From assembly GCA_904420585.1 (NCBI GenBank), contig CAJFVX010000021.1, forward strand, positions 19,319-83,318: 64,000 bases of DNA. Reading direction: 5' to 3'. Below, one piece after another: positions 20,301 through 27,939 of this stretch. The notes beneath the pieces are model-generated. The model made no database searches. It saw only the letters and a list, made by a program, of their open reading frames with translations, and was not told the origin of the DNA. Positions within the stretch are counted from its first letter, which is position 1. The number at the start of each line of letters is the position of its first letter. Source of the DNA: Candidatus Howiella intestinavium (lineage in GTDB: Bacteria; Bacillota; Clostridia; Oscillospirales; Acutalibacteraceae). The position numbers and the translations under genes were made by a program.

Positions 20301-20864
20301 ATCCTGGTCTTCGATACCGAGGTGTACTCCAACACCGGCGGCCAGTCCTCCAAGGCCACTCCCACCGGCGCCATCGCCCAGTTCGCGGCGGCCGGTAAGG
20401 AGACCAAGAAGAAGGATCTGGCTTCCATCGCCATGAGCTACGGCTATGTCTATGTGGCTTCCATCGCCATGGGCGCCGACTATAACCAGTGCCTGAAGGC
20501 CTTCCACGAGGCCGAAAGCTACCATGGCCCCTCCATCATCATCGCCTACGCCCCCTGTATCAACCATGGTATCCGGGGCGGCATGGGCATCAGCCAGACC
20601 GAGGAGAAGAAGGCCGTAGCCGCCGGCTACTGGAACCTCTTCCGGTATGACCCCCGCAAGGTGGGCACCGACGAGAGCGCTTTCTCCCTGGATTCCAAGG
20701 CTCCCACGGCCGATTACAAGGAGTTCATTGAGGGCGAGGTTCGTTACTCCTCCCTCATGCGCGCCAACCCCGAGCGTGCCGAGAAGCTCTTCGACAAGGC
20801 CGAGGAGAACGCCAAGGCGCACTTGGCTTACCTGGAGAAGCTCAAGACCCTGTACAGCAAATAA
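17304..20864 (+). CDS. nifJ: pyruvate:ferredoxin (flavodoxin) oxidoreductase
   Basis: ATG after AAAGGAGG. The ~1186-aa protein has PFOR N-terminus MDGNSAAAHVSYAF, two 4Fe-4S motifs (CIQCNFCSYVCPH, CTGCGSCANVCP) and a TPP site GGDGWAYDIGFGG. Confidence 0.97.
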   Translation: MARKWKTMDGNSAAAHVSYAFTDVAAIYPITPSSNMAEETDKMATAGVKNIFGQTVKVTEMQSEAGAAGAVHGSLAAGALTTTYTASQGLLLMIPNMYKIAGELLPGVINVSARAIAAHALSIFGDHSDIYACRQTGFAMLCSNDPQEVMDLGAVAHLSAIKGRVPFVHFFDGFRTSHEIQKIQMWDYKDLEEMLDKDAVNAFRRRSLNPEHPEQRGTAQNPDVFFQAREAANNYYTAIVDVVEDYMNQVNKKLGTKYKLFNYYGARDAEHVIVAMGSACDTIEETVDYLNAQGEKVGLVKVHLYRPFSAKHLIAAIPSTVKKISVLDRTKEPGSIGEPLYLDVVAALKDSKFADVPVYGGRYGLGSKDTTPADFIAVYRNMEKARSKKRFTLAIEDDVTGLSLKVKENPDTTPKGTTSCKFWGLGSDGTVGANKNSIKIIGDNTDMYAQGYFDYDSKKSGGVTVSHLRFGKKKIKSTYLINKADFVACHNPSYVDKYDIVEDIKPGGIFLLNCSWDDAELDTHLPAKMKRYIAKNDIKFYTIDATHIAKELGLGGRVNTILQAAFFKLSKIIPADKAVVLMKEAATKSYGKKGEKVVAMNHAAIDRGVAGAKKVKVPAAWAKAEDTDNAAGVLTEGRPEIKDYIDSILTPVNAQRGNKLPVSAFLDYVDGTVPLGSSAYEKRGIAVDVPTWNPDNCIQCNFCSYVCPHAVIRPVAMTDEEVQNAPEGTKSMPMTGVPGLHFAMTVSVLDCTGCGSCANVCPGKKGEKALTMQPLDTQLDKEAGFVYGRKLPEKPEVAEKFKPTTVKGSQFKQPLLEYSGACAGCGETPYAKLVTQLFGDRMYIANATGCSSIWGGSAPSTPYTVNKEGHGPAWQNSLFEDNAEFGYGMLLANKAIRGRLADAAGKLVELTDGDLKAAAEKWLETMEDGTANKTAAADFKAALSAAKVSGEAEALVKELLEDADYLAKKSFWAFGGDGWAYDIGFGGLDHAIASGEDINILVFDTEVYSNTGGQSSKATPTGAIAQFAAAGKETKKKDLASIAMSYGYVYVASIAMGADYNQCLKAFHEAESYHGPSIIIAYAPCINHGIRGGMGISQTEEKKAVAAGYWNLFRYDPRKVGTDESAFSLDSKAPTADYKEFIEGEVRYSSLMRANPERAEKLFDKAEENAKAHLAYLEKLKTLYSK

Positions 20865-20877
20865 AATCCGCTTTGCG

Positions 20878-20913
20878 AAAGAGGCCCGGCCAAATTTGGC
20901 CGGGCCTCTTTGC
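20878..20913 (+). terminator. rho-independent terminator of nifJ
   Basis: gaggcccggcca-aatt-tggccgggcctc followed by TTTG. Confidence 0.85.
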
Positions 20914-21236
20914 GTGCCTGCATGAGCGGAAGCGTGAGATGCAGGGCGGGAAAAATTTGCCGGGCCTGCAGCAAAATAGGGGTCTGCAGGGCACTAAACT
21001 ATGGGAAGAAGAAATGCGGGAATTGTGTCCTATTCCGTCGCAAATACTAGATAATGGGGCTTGTATTCCTGCCTTTAAAACACTTTTGTGCAAGGTGCAC
21101 TTACACATTCTACGGATTCATACAATATGTAAGAATCTTCAGGCAAAACGATAAAATGTGAAAGGAAAAGGGGGCGCAAAATCCCATGTTTTAACAAAAT
21201 TGGTTAGATAAGTCGGATAAAAAATATATAAAACCA

Positions 21237-21264
21237 CTTGACATTATAGAATATCCGACTATAA
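21237..21264 (+). promoter_or_regulatory. consensus sigma-A promoter P1
   Basis: TTGACA (21237-21242), 16-nt spacer, TATAAT (21259-21264). Confidence 0.6.
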
Positions 21265-21317
21265 TGAAGAAGGGGAAAGGCGGTGTTTGGCGCAAACTGT
21301 TAAAATTTACATATGAG

Positions 21318-21346
21318 TTGACAAACTGCAGGATTTCCTTTATAAT
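21318..21346 (+). promoter_or_regulatory. consensus sigma-A promoter P2
   Basis: TTGACA (21318-21323), 17-nt spacer, TATAAT (21341-21346). About 230 nt upstream of ATG 21576. Confidence 0.65.
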
Positions 21347-21575
21347 TATGAAACAATCCTGTAATAATCTCTACTGGATAAAATGGTGAATTTGTGAATG
21401 TGTGCACGCCCCTTGTTATATGTATGTAAAAGGGGGAACAAGCCCAAACGGGCGGCCTTTGTCCGGGCAGGGAGGAAGTCTAGGGCTAAAGCGGGGTTGC
21501 CGGATGCCTCTCCGGCGGTTTCGCTTTCCATAAATGGACTGAGGAAATCATTATCATGACTGGAGGAAACGAACG

Positions 21576-24500
21576 ATGAGAAAGAGCTTGAGGCGCGGAG
21601 CGTCCCTCTTGGTCTCCTTGTCGCTTTGTGTGTCGGCCTTTGCGGGCCTGACGGCACAGGGTTATGAGGCGACTATCAGCGGCTGGTCGGATGCAATCAG
21701 TTCCGATTATTATTGGCTGCAGAAAAACAACGTGACCGACGAGGATCAAGAGGTAACGCATGCTGCCGTAGCCGATGAACTGAAGTATCAGAATGAAACG
21801 CTGAATTTCAGAATTGGTACGACGAATGACGGAGCCACTTCCTTTACTTTGAACGATTCCTGGAGCAGCATGCTGCATGTTCAGTTTGAAAACTGGCTGG
21901 CTCCGGATGATACGTCGGTTACCGATAATGTAGGCAACCCCTGGGGCCAGACCAATGACCAGGGTCAGATCCGCAAATGGGGTGTTATCACAGTTCCCTT
22001 TATCGGCATGGCCTTTACCTGCAAAGGGCAGATGGCTGCTTCCGCCCCCGATCCGAGCAAGCCGATCCTGGGCAATGAATTTACGATTGATGGCGTTACC
22101 TACCAGCCCATGTGGGACAATGTGCGCATTCTGCAGAATGGCGCGGTAAGCACACAGCAGATGTTCCCCGGCATGAATGCGGAGGGAAATGACATTACCG
22201 CCAATACATTCCGCTATGCCATCGCTGCGTACAATCAGAACAATAAGCGCGCGGGCGCCGACGGCAAGGGCCTGCATGCCGGCTATCCTGTTGGCAACGC
22301 TGCATTGACCGACGATGCCTCTATGATTTATCAGGAACTGCTTGGCCCCGACGGCACGGCTTACCTGGTAGAGGGTGCGGATGTGGCGGAAAGCGGCGCC
22401 TTGACCGGCGCGCAGGTGATTCCCAGCGAGCTTGCCGGGGCCTTTGAGGGCCTGGGCGACAGCATGGATGCGCGGTTGGCTGTTACGGGTGTTCCCCTGG
22501 GCGCATATGCCGACGGTCGGATGGATTTTGCCAACGGCTATTTGACGGCCTCCGGCTTCCACAGCACCACCTGCAGCATCGTAAGCTTCTCCTTTGGTTC
22601 GGCTGAGGCGGCCCCCAGTGTGATTGATGAGGCGAATCACACGGTTACCGCTTATGTGAAGGATGGCACCAACCTTTCTTCTCTGACCCCCGAGGTGGAG
22701 ATCATCGGCAAAAGCTATACTCCCTCCGGTGCCCAGAACTTCAGTTCTCCCGTCACCTATACGGTTACGGCGGCTGCGGGCAATACGCAGGATTATACCG
22801 TGACGGTTATTACCCTGAATGAGGCTACCATTTCCACTTTTGCCATCGGCGATGCGACGGCTACCATTGATCAGGCCAACCGTGAGATCACCATTGCCGT
22901 CCATTCGGATGCCGACCTTTCCAACGTGACGCCCGAAGTGACCTTTGTGGGCAGCGGCGCCAGCATGTCCCCGGCCTCCGGCCTGAACCTGGAGGATTCC
23001 TGGGACAATCCGGTAGAGGTTACCGTCACCGCCGGCTCGGCTACCGCGACCTATACCATCCGGGCGCGTTACCTGAATACGGATAACAGCATCACTTCCT
23101 TTGTTGTTTCGGCCGATCAGTTCAAGTATGCTTGGGGCGACGTGGTTGCAACGATTGACAATGATGCCAAGACCATTAACATGGAATATGCCTGGGGTAA
23201 CTTTACAGGCGATGAGAACAACCCCACTCCCTATGCGCGGGTTTCCGCAGAGGTCACCCTGCCCTCCGGCGCCACCATTTCCCCGGATCCTGCCATTGCG
23301 CGGGATCAGCTGGGCCAGGAATATGTTGTTACCTCCGAGAACGGCGATGAAGCTGTCTATACGGTGCATATCACCCTGGACGACAACAAAATCTTCCCGC
23401 CGGTAGACGACCTTGACCTGTATGCGCAGGATAACTGGGGCCGTTTCAGCGGGGATGCTGAGGCTGCTGAGTTTGAAGCGATTCTGGAAGAGTACAATTA
23501 CCAGCGGTCTCAGGGATTTGACCCCGGCACGCCCAGCGGCGGCGTAAGCAACTGGGACGATTTGCTTTCCCGTCAGCTGTTTGTCAACGGAAGCGGAAAA
23601 AATGATATAATCAATGGCGCTACGGCCATGATCGCGGCCGATGTCAGCTATGGTAAAGCGAATACTTTGAAAAATACGATGGTTCGCGCTTGGCAGATCG
23701 ATGACGTAGTCGATGAAGACGGCATTAAGCACCGCGGCTGGTCTTGGGCCGGCAGCCCGGTGGAGAATGAATTCGTAATGGATAAACTCCATTATCAGCA
23801 GTTCTCCATGAGTTATGGTACCTATGACGACAACGGTAATATTCAGCGCGTGCTGAACGGTGTGGGCAATAGCTATAATGCCGTATCCAACGTTCTGAAG
23901 GAAGAGAATTCTCCTTTCTTTGATTTTGATAATGTGCAGGTCAAGGAGGGAGTACGCAATACCATCCGTGATGCGTACGAGGGCGCCAACAAGTCCGGCA
24001 TTAACCCCGGTATCGCTTTGGACGGCGCGATGAAGTATGATGCGGAGAACAAAATTCTCTACCAGGTCTTCAGCGGAACCGGCGAATACCATTCTACCGT
24101 GCGCGATCGCAACAATAAGACCATCATCATTAAGGGCCTTACTCCCGCTGAGAATGAGGAAGGCGAGATCGAGATGACCTCCAATGGTTCGGCCATCGCC
24201 ATGCTGCCCCGTATTCAGCATGTCTATGAGAATATCGATCTCAGCGGCTCGGAAGCTTATGCCGGTCAGGAGAACGAATACGTTTCGCTGAACCTGGATG
24301 GCTTCGAAGTAAAATACAGCAAGACGCTGGGCATGCCCAACAGCGCGCCGGAAATTCAGGATGACAGCGAAACCGGAAATGGCACCGTGATTATGGACTT
24401 TGCCAAGGGCTGGGTCGAGTGCAAGGCGGATTCGGATGAGGTTATCTGGCACGATGGCAGCCGGCTGAACAATGAAAATCGGATTGAGTCGGTTGAAGCC

Positions 24501-25130
24501 AGCGGCAACGTGGCGGTTGAGAAGGTTGTTGTCAATTCTCTGGATTCGGAGAATCCCAACGAGGAAACCGATTGGCTGGGCAACTCCATCAACATTTACT
24601 TTGCTGAGGGCGAAACGGTTGATTTGACTAATGTCACCATCAACAATATCGTGACTGTGGATCCCAATGCCACCGTGGAGTATAACGGCGAGGCTTTTGT
24701 GCCCGGCACTGCCGTGAACCTGACCTACAGCGCTTTGCTCCAGGTAAATGCTGAGAACGGCGCCAACCGCAGGTACAGCGTTTACGCCTGGCAGGGCGAC
24801 GAGGCGCTGTCTGCTGATGCGCCGGACGATCCCAATCAGGAAATTGTAAATCCGCCCACCGATGACGATCCAAGCGATCCCTCGCAGCCCGGCAACAACA
24901 ATTCCCAGCAGCCTAATGGAAGCAACGGCGGCGGCAATTCGGATGAGGATCCCTATGAGTACGGCTATTATGATGCCAATGGCAAGTGGGTGCCTGTAAC
25001 CAAGGGGTTCTATGAGCAGTGGCTCAGGAGCGGCGGAAACGCTGCCACTGGCGAGGCCGGCGTGGTTGGCGTGGTCCTGCTGACCGCTGCGGCTGCAGGC
25101 GCACTGGTTGTACTGCGCAAGAAGAAATAG
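21576..25130 (+). CDS. 1184-aa cell-surface protein with Ig-like repeats and a C-terminal sorting-signal-like anchor
   Basis: RBS GGAGGAA and a signal peptide (LLVSLSLCVSAFAGLTA). At least three ~85-aa beta-sandwich repeats end in YTVTV, YTIRA or YTVHI. Pro/Asp/Asn linker. C-terminus NAATG + 21 hydrophobic residues + RKKK. Confidence 0.85.
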   Translation: MRKSLRRGASLLVSLSLCVSAFAGLTAQGYEATISGWSDAISSDYYWLQKNNVTDEDQEVTHAAVADELKYQNETLNFRIGTTNDGATSFTLNDSWSSMLHVQFENWLAPDDTSVTDNVGNPWGQTNDQGQIRKWGVITVPFIGMAFTCKGQMAASAPDPSKPILGNEFTIDGVTYQPMWDNVRILQNGAVSTQQMFPGMNAEGNDITANTFRYAIAAYNQNNKRAGADGKGLHAGYPVGNAALTDDASMIYQELLGPDGTAYLVEGADVAESGALTGAQVIPSELAGAFEGLGDSMDARLAVTGVPLGAYADGRMDFANGYLTASGFHSTTCSIVSFSFGSAEAAPSVIDEANHTVTAYVKDGTNLSSLTPEVEIIGKSYTPSGAQNFSSPVTYTVTAAAGNTQDYTVTVITLNEATISTFAIGDATATIDQANREITIAVHSDADLSNVTPEVTFVGSGASMSPASGLNLEDSWDNPVEVTVTAGSATATYTIRARYLNTDNSITSFVVSADQFKYAWGDVVATIDNDAKTINMEYAWGNFTGDENNPTPYARVSAEVTLPSGATISPDPAIARDQLGQEYVVTSENGDEAVYTVHITLDDNKIFPPVDDLDLYAQDNWGRFSGDAEAAEFEAILEEYNYQRSQGFDPGTPSGGVSNWDDLLSRQLFVNGSGKNDIINGATAMIAADVSYGKANTLKNTMVRAWQIDDVVDEDGIKHRGWSWAGSPVENEFVMDKLHYQQFSMSYGTYDDNGNIQRVLNGVGNSYNAVSNVLKEENSPFFDFDNVQVKEGVRNTIRDAYEGANKSGINPGIALDGAMKYDAENKILYQVFSGTGEYHSTVRDRNNKTIIIKGLTPAENEEGEIEMTSNGSAIAMLPRIQHVYENIDLSGSEAYAGQENEYVSLNLDGFEVKYSKTLGMPNSAPEIQDDSETGNGTVIMDFAKGWVECKADSDEVIWHDGSRLNNENRIESVEASGNVAVEKVVVNSLDSENPNEETDWLGNSINIYFAEGETVDLTNVTINNIVTVDPNATVEYNGEAFVPGTAVNLTYSALLQVNAENGANRRYSVYAWQGDEALSADAPDDPNQEIVNPPTDDDPSDPSQPGNNNSQQPNGSNGGGNSDEDPYEYGYYDANGKWVPVTKGFYEQWLRSGGNAATGEAGVVGVVLLTAAAAGALVVLRKKK

Positions 25131-25215
25131 CCTTTGTTTCCTCTCAGTCTGTTTGGAATATTGGACAAAATCGGTGAATGGATACCGGTTCCACCATGTA
25201 GGTTTGTGCGGTTTT

Positions 25216-25235
25216 GGGGGCGCGGCAGCGCCCCC
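25216..25235 (+). terminator. GC hairpin after the 1184-aa gene (no clear T-tract)
   Basis: gggggcgc-ggca-gcgccccc. Possibly a weak or partial terminator. Confidence 0.35.
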
Positions 25236-25283
25236 ATGACCTGCAACGTATCTTAATCTGAAATTTTAGGAGGAAAACAGATT

Positions 25284-26471
25284 ATGAAGAAGTTGGTTTC
25301 GGCAGCCATTTCGGCTGCTCTGGCCCTGACGACCTTGTCCATGGGGCTGATGGCTGGTGCCACGGATGCCAGCCAGGTTGGCGCTATCGGCGACAGCGGT
25401 GTACCTGACGCTTTTAAAGGGAAGGAAGCTGAACTGACCCAGAAGTATAAAGAGGCGTACAACTGGGGCATCACCCTGCATTCCCACAAGGAAAACGACG
25501 GGTTGTTTAATTTCGGCGATGCGTCCGGCGAGCTGGTACATATCTGGTCCGGCACGGATCCGGAAGGCAATGTGTACCAGATCTGCAACCAGGACTTTGA
25601 TAACGGTACTTCTACCGTTTCCAACGCTTTCTCCTACAACAACTGGGCTGCCATTGTCTGCGCGGATCCGGAGACCTTGAATGTAGTTATTATGCGCGAC
25701 GCCGCTGCTGAGTGGTATGCAAAGGGCGGCGGTGTAAACAACTGGAAGTCCGGCAGCCCCACAACCAACCAGTATTGGCGTACGGAAAACGGCGTGCCCG
25801 TCTGCTATCAGCAGTTTGAAAACGGCCATCTGCGCATTGAAGAAGGCGAAGTTTGGTACGCTGAGTTCTACAGCAAAATCGATTTAGGCGACGCTTATCC
25901 CCAGCCCCCGGCTGCCCCGCCGGCCTATGGCGATATCTACACCCCCAATGCGGACGGCTGTACCTGGGAAGAGCCCAAATATCTGCCCTCGAATGTTACA
26001 CCGCCCGATGTCACCACCAATGTGCCTAACAATGAGGTACCCGGTGGTCAGACCGGCGACGATAATCAGAATCCTGCGATCGTTGATCCCAGTCTCCCTG
26101 CAGGGACGGTTGATCCCAACAGCACCACCGCTTCCGGTGCGGCCTCCGGTACGGCCTCCGGCACGGTAAGCGACACTACTGTCTCCGGCAGCACCGTTTC
26201 CGACAACACTGTTTCCGGCAGCACCGTTTCCGGCAGCACCGTTTCCGGCAGCACCACCGGCGGCACTACCACCGTCCGTCAGATGAATGTAGGCGCTACG
26301 GTCGGTATTGTGGTAGCCTGCGTAGTCGTTGTAGGCGCCGGCGCCTTCTGCCTGTACTGGTTCGTACTGCGCAAGAAGAAGGCGGCTGCGGATGGCGTGG
26401 ATGCCGAAGCTGTTGACGAGGCTGCACAGGCCGAGGAGAAGTCGGACGATAAGACCGACGACAAGAAATAA
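25284..26471 (+). CDS. surface protein, paralog family member A (conserved ~200-aa N-module, Thr/Ser linker, TM anchor)
   Basis: RBS AGGAGGAA and a signal peptide. The N-module has NNWAAIVCADPET and PTTNQYWRTENGVPVCYQQFENGHLRIEEG. TVSGS repeats. TM FCLYWFVLRKKK and an acidic tail. Paralogous to 54210-55343 and 55381-56274. Confidence 0.85.
   Translation: MKKLVSAAISAALALTTLSMGLMAGATDASQVGAIGDSGVPDAFKGKEAELTQKYKEAYNWGITLHSHKENDGLFNFGDASGELVHIWSGTDPEGNVYQICNQDFDNGTSTVSNAFSYNNWAAIVCADPETLNVVIMRDAAAEWYAKGGGVNNWKSGSPTTNQYWRTENGVPVCYQQFENGHLRIEEGEVWYAEFYSKIDLGDAYPQPPAAPPAYGDIYTPNADGCTWEEPKYLPSNVTPPDVTTNVPNNEVPGGQTGDDNQNPAIVDPSLPAGTVDPNSTTASGAASGTASGTVSDTTVSGSTVSDNTVSGSTVSGSTVSGSTTGGTTTVRQMNVGATVGIVVACVVVVGAGAFCLYWFVLRKKKAAADGVDAEAVDEAAQAEEKSDDKTDDKK
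26178..26252 (+). repeat. 15-bp in-frame tandem repeat x5 (TVSGS/TVSDN)
   Basis: Units begin at 26178, 26193, 26208, 26223 and 26238. The last two are identical (accgtttccggcagc). Confidence 0.9.
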
Positions 26472-26589
26472 GCGGGAGTCCGGGTAAAGCCTTGTATTTC
26501 CCCTTATGACCCAAGCATAATGAATACCGGGCGGCGCTTCGCGCTGCGGACGCGCCGCCCGATATCCTGCGCCGGCACGCCGGCAGGAT

Positions 26590-26618
26590 TTGCACAAAAG
26601 TGCATATATGATTATATT
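26590..26618 (+). promoter_or_regulatory. candidate promoter of the GH125/GH76 block with overlapping palindrome
   Basis: TTGCAC (26590-26595), 17-nt spacer, TATATT (26613-26618). The palindrome TGCAC-AAAA-GTGCA (26591-26604) overlaps the -35. Confidence 0.55.
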
Positions 26619-26635
26619 GCCGGGAGTGTTGTAAG

Positions 26636-27931
26636 TTGGCAGAAGTTAAATTCCCTGAGCTGAACGCCAGGATCGATAAGCTGGCGGAGGGTATCCACAA
26701 TCAGAAACTCCGCAACATGTTTAAAAACTGTTTCTATTCCACCCTGGAAACCACCACCAAACTCCACGACGACGGGTGCACCTATGTCTTTACCGGGGAT
26801 ATTCCCGCCATGTGGCTGCGGGATTCCAGCGCCCAGGTCATGCACTATCTGCGGGTGTGTGACTGCCCCGGTATCAAGGAGGCCATTGCCGGCCTTGTCA
26901 AGCTGCAGATGCGTTATATCGCCCTGGACCCCTACGCCAACGCCTTCAACGAGGAGGCCAACGGCGCCGGCCACGGCGGCGATACGACAAACTTCAACGA
27001 GAACAAAGACTGGATCTGGGAGCGCAAGTATGAAATCGATTCCCTGTGCTACCCGGTCTGGATTTCCTATAAATACTGGAAGAAAACCGGCGACACGTCC
27101 GTTTTTGACGAGCAGTATAAAAAGAGCACGGGCATGATTCTGGATCTGTTCCGGGTGGAGCAGCATCACGAGGAGAAGTCCCCCTACCGGTTCCAGCGGT
27201 TCAACTGCCCCGAAACCGACACCCTCCCCCGGGAGGGCAAGGGGGCGGAGGTGGCCTACACCGGCATGACCTGGTCGGGCTTCCGCCCCAGTGACGACGC
27301 CTGTGTTTACGGGTATCTGGTACCCTCCAATATGTTTGCCGTTGTGATTTTGGGGTATCTGGAAGAGATTTATGCGGACGTGTACCATGACGCCGACATG
27401 GCTGCCTCGGCCAAGGCGCTGAGGGACGAAATCGAGGCCGGCATTCAGAAGTACGCCGTATTCGAGGACCCCGATTGCGGGAAGGTTTACGCCTATGAGG
27501 TGGACGGGAAGGGCAACGCCGTCTTTATGGACGACGCCAATGTCCCCAGTCTGCTGTCCCTGCCCTATCTGGGGTATTGCGATATGGACGATCCCATTTA
27601 CCAGAACACCCGCAAATATATCCTTTCCAAAAAGAACCCCTACTACTACGAGGGTTCCTTCGCCAAGGGCATCGGCAGCCCCCACACCCCGCCGGGCTAC
27701 ATCTGGCACATCGCCCTGGTCATGGAGGCCATGACCTGCCACGACGACGCGGAGAAGGCCAAGGTTCTGAACACCATTATGGCCTGCGACGGCGGTACCG
27801 AAGTGATGCACGAGGGGTTTGACGCCAATGATCCCACCGTATATACCCGCGAATGGTTTGCGTGGGCCAACTCCCTTCTGGCGTATTTTATTCTGGAAGA
27901 GATTGACAAGGTCAATACATTCGTGAAATAA
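26636..27931 (+). CDS. GH125 exo-alpha-1,6-mannosidase (no signal peptide)
   Basis: TTG start 10 nt after GGGAG. GH125/DUF1237 motifs FTGDIPAMWLRDSSAQV and HEGFDANDPTVYTREWFAWANSL. Confidence 0.9.
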   Translation: MAEVKFPELNARIDKLAEGIHNQKLRNMFKNCFYSTLETTTKLHDDGCTYVFTGDIPAMWLRDSSAQVMHYLRVCDCPGIKEAIAGLVKLQMRYIALDPYANAFNEEANGAGHGGDTTNFNENKDWIWERKYEIDSLCYPVWISYKYWKKTGDTSVFDEQYKKSTGMILDLFRVEQHHEEKSPYRFQRFNCPETDTLPREGKGAEVAYTGMTWSGFRPSDDACVYGYLVPSNMFAVVILGYLEEIYADVYHDADMAASAKALRDEIEAGIQKYAVFEDPDCGKVYAYEVDGKGNAVFMDDANVPSLLSLPYLGYCDMDDPIYQNTRKYILSKKNPYYYEGSFAKGIGSPHTPPGYIWHIALVMEAMTCHDDAEKAKVLNTIMACDGGTEVMHEGFDANDPTVYTREWFAWANSLLAYFILEEIDKVNTFVK

Positions 27932-27939
27932 AGCAAAGG

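Noticed and set aside
17925-20822. 965-aa minus-strand ORF
   Set aside because: It lies antisense to nifJ. The translation is Gly/Val/Leu/Ala-rich noise.
21016-21154. 46-codon Cys-containing small ORF (MRELCPIPSQILDNGACIPAFKTLLCKVHLHILRIHTICKNLQAKR) in the AT-rich spacer
   Set aside because: It has no convincing RBS, no partner modification or transport genes, and it overlaps the TTTTGTGCAA palindrome. It is more likely non-coding regulatory DNA.
21440-21530. Possible c-di-GMP-I (GEMM-I) riboswitch in the leader of the 1184-aa gene
   Set aside because: Only a short stretch (AGCGGGGUUGCCGGAUG) resembles the 3' part of the Vc2 aptamer. The conserved ACGCAAAGC element and GNRA tetraloop/receptor arrangement were not found. 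It is kept only as an unclassified structured leader.
21486-24452. 988-aa minus-strand ORF
   Set aside because: It lies antisense to the 1184-aa surface-protein gene, which has an RBS, signal peptide, repeats and anchor. The antisense product has no features.
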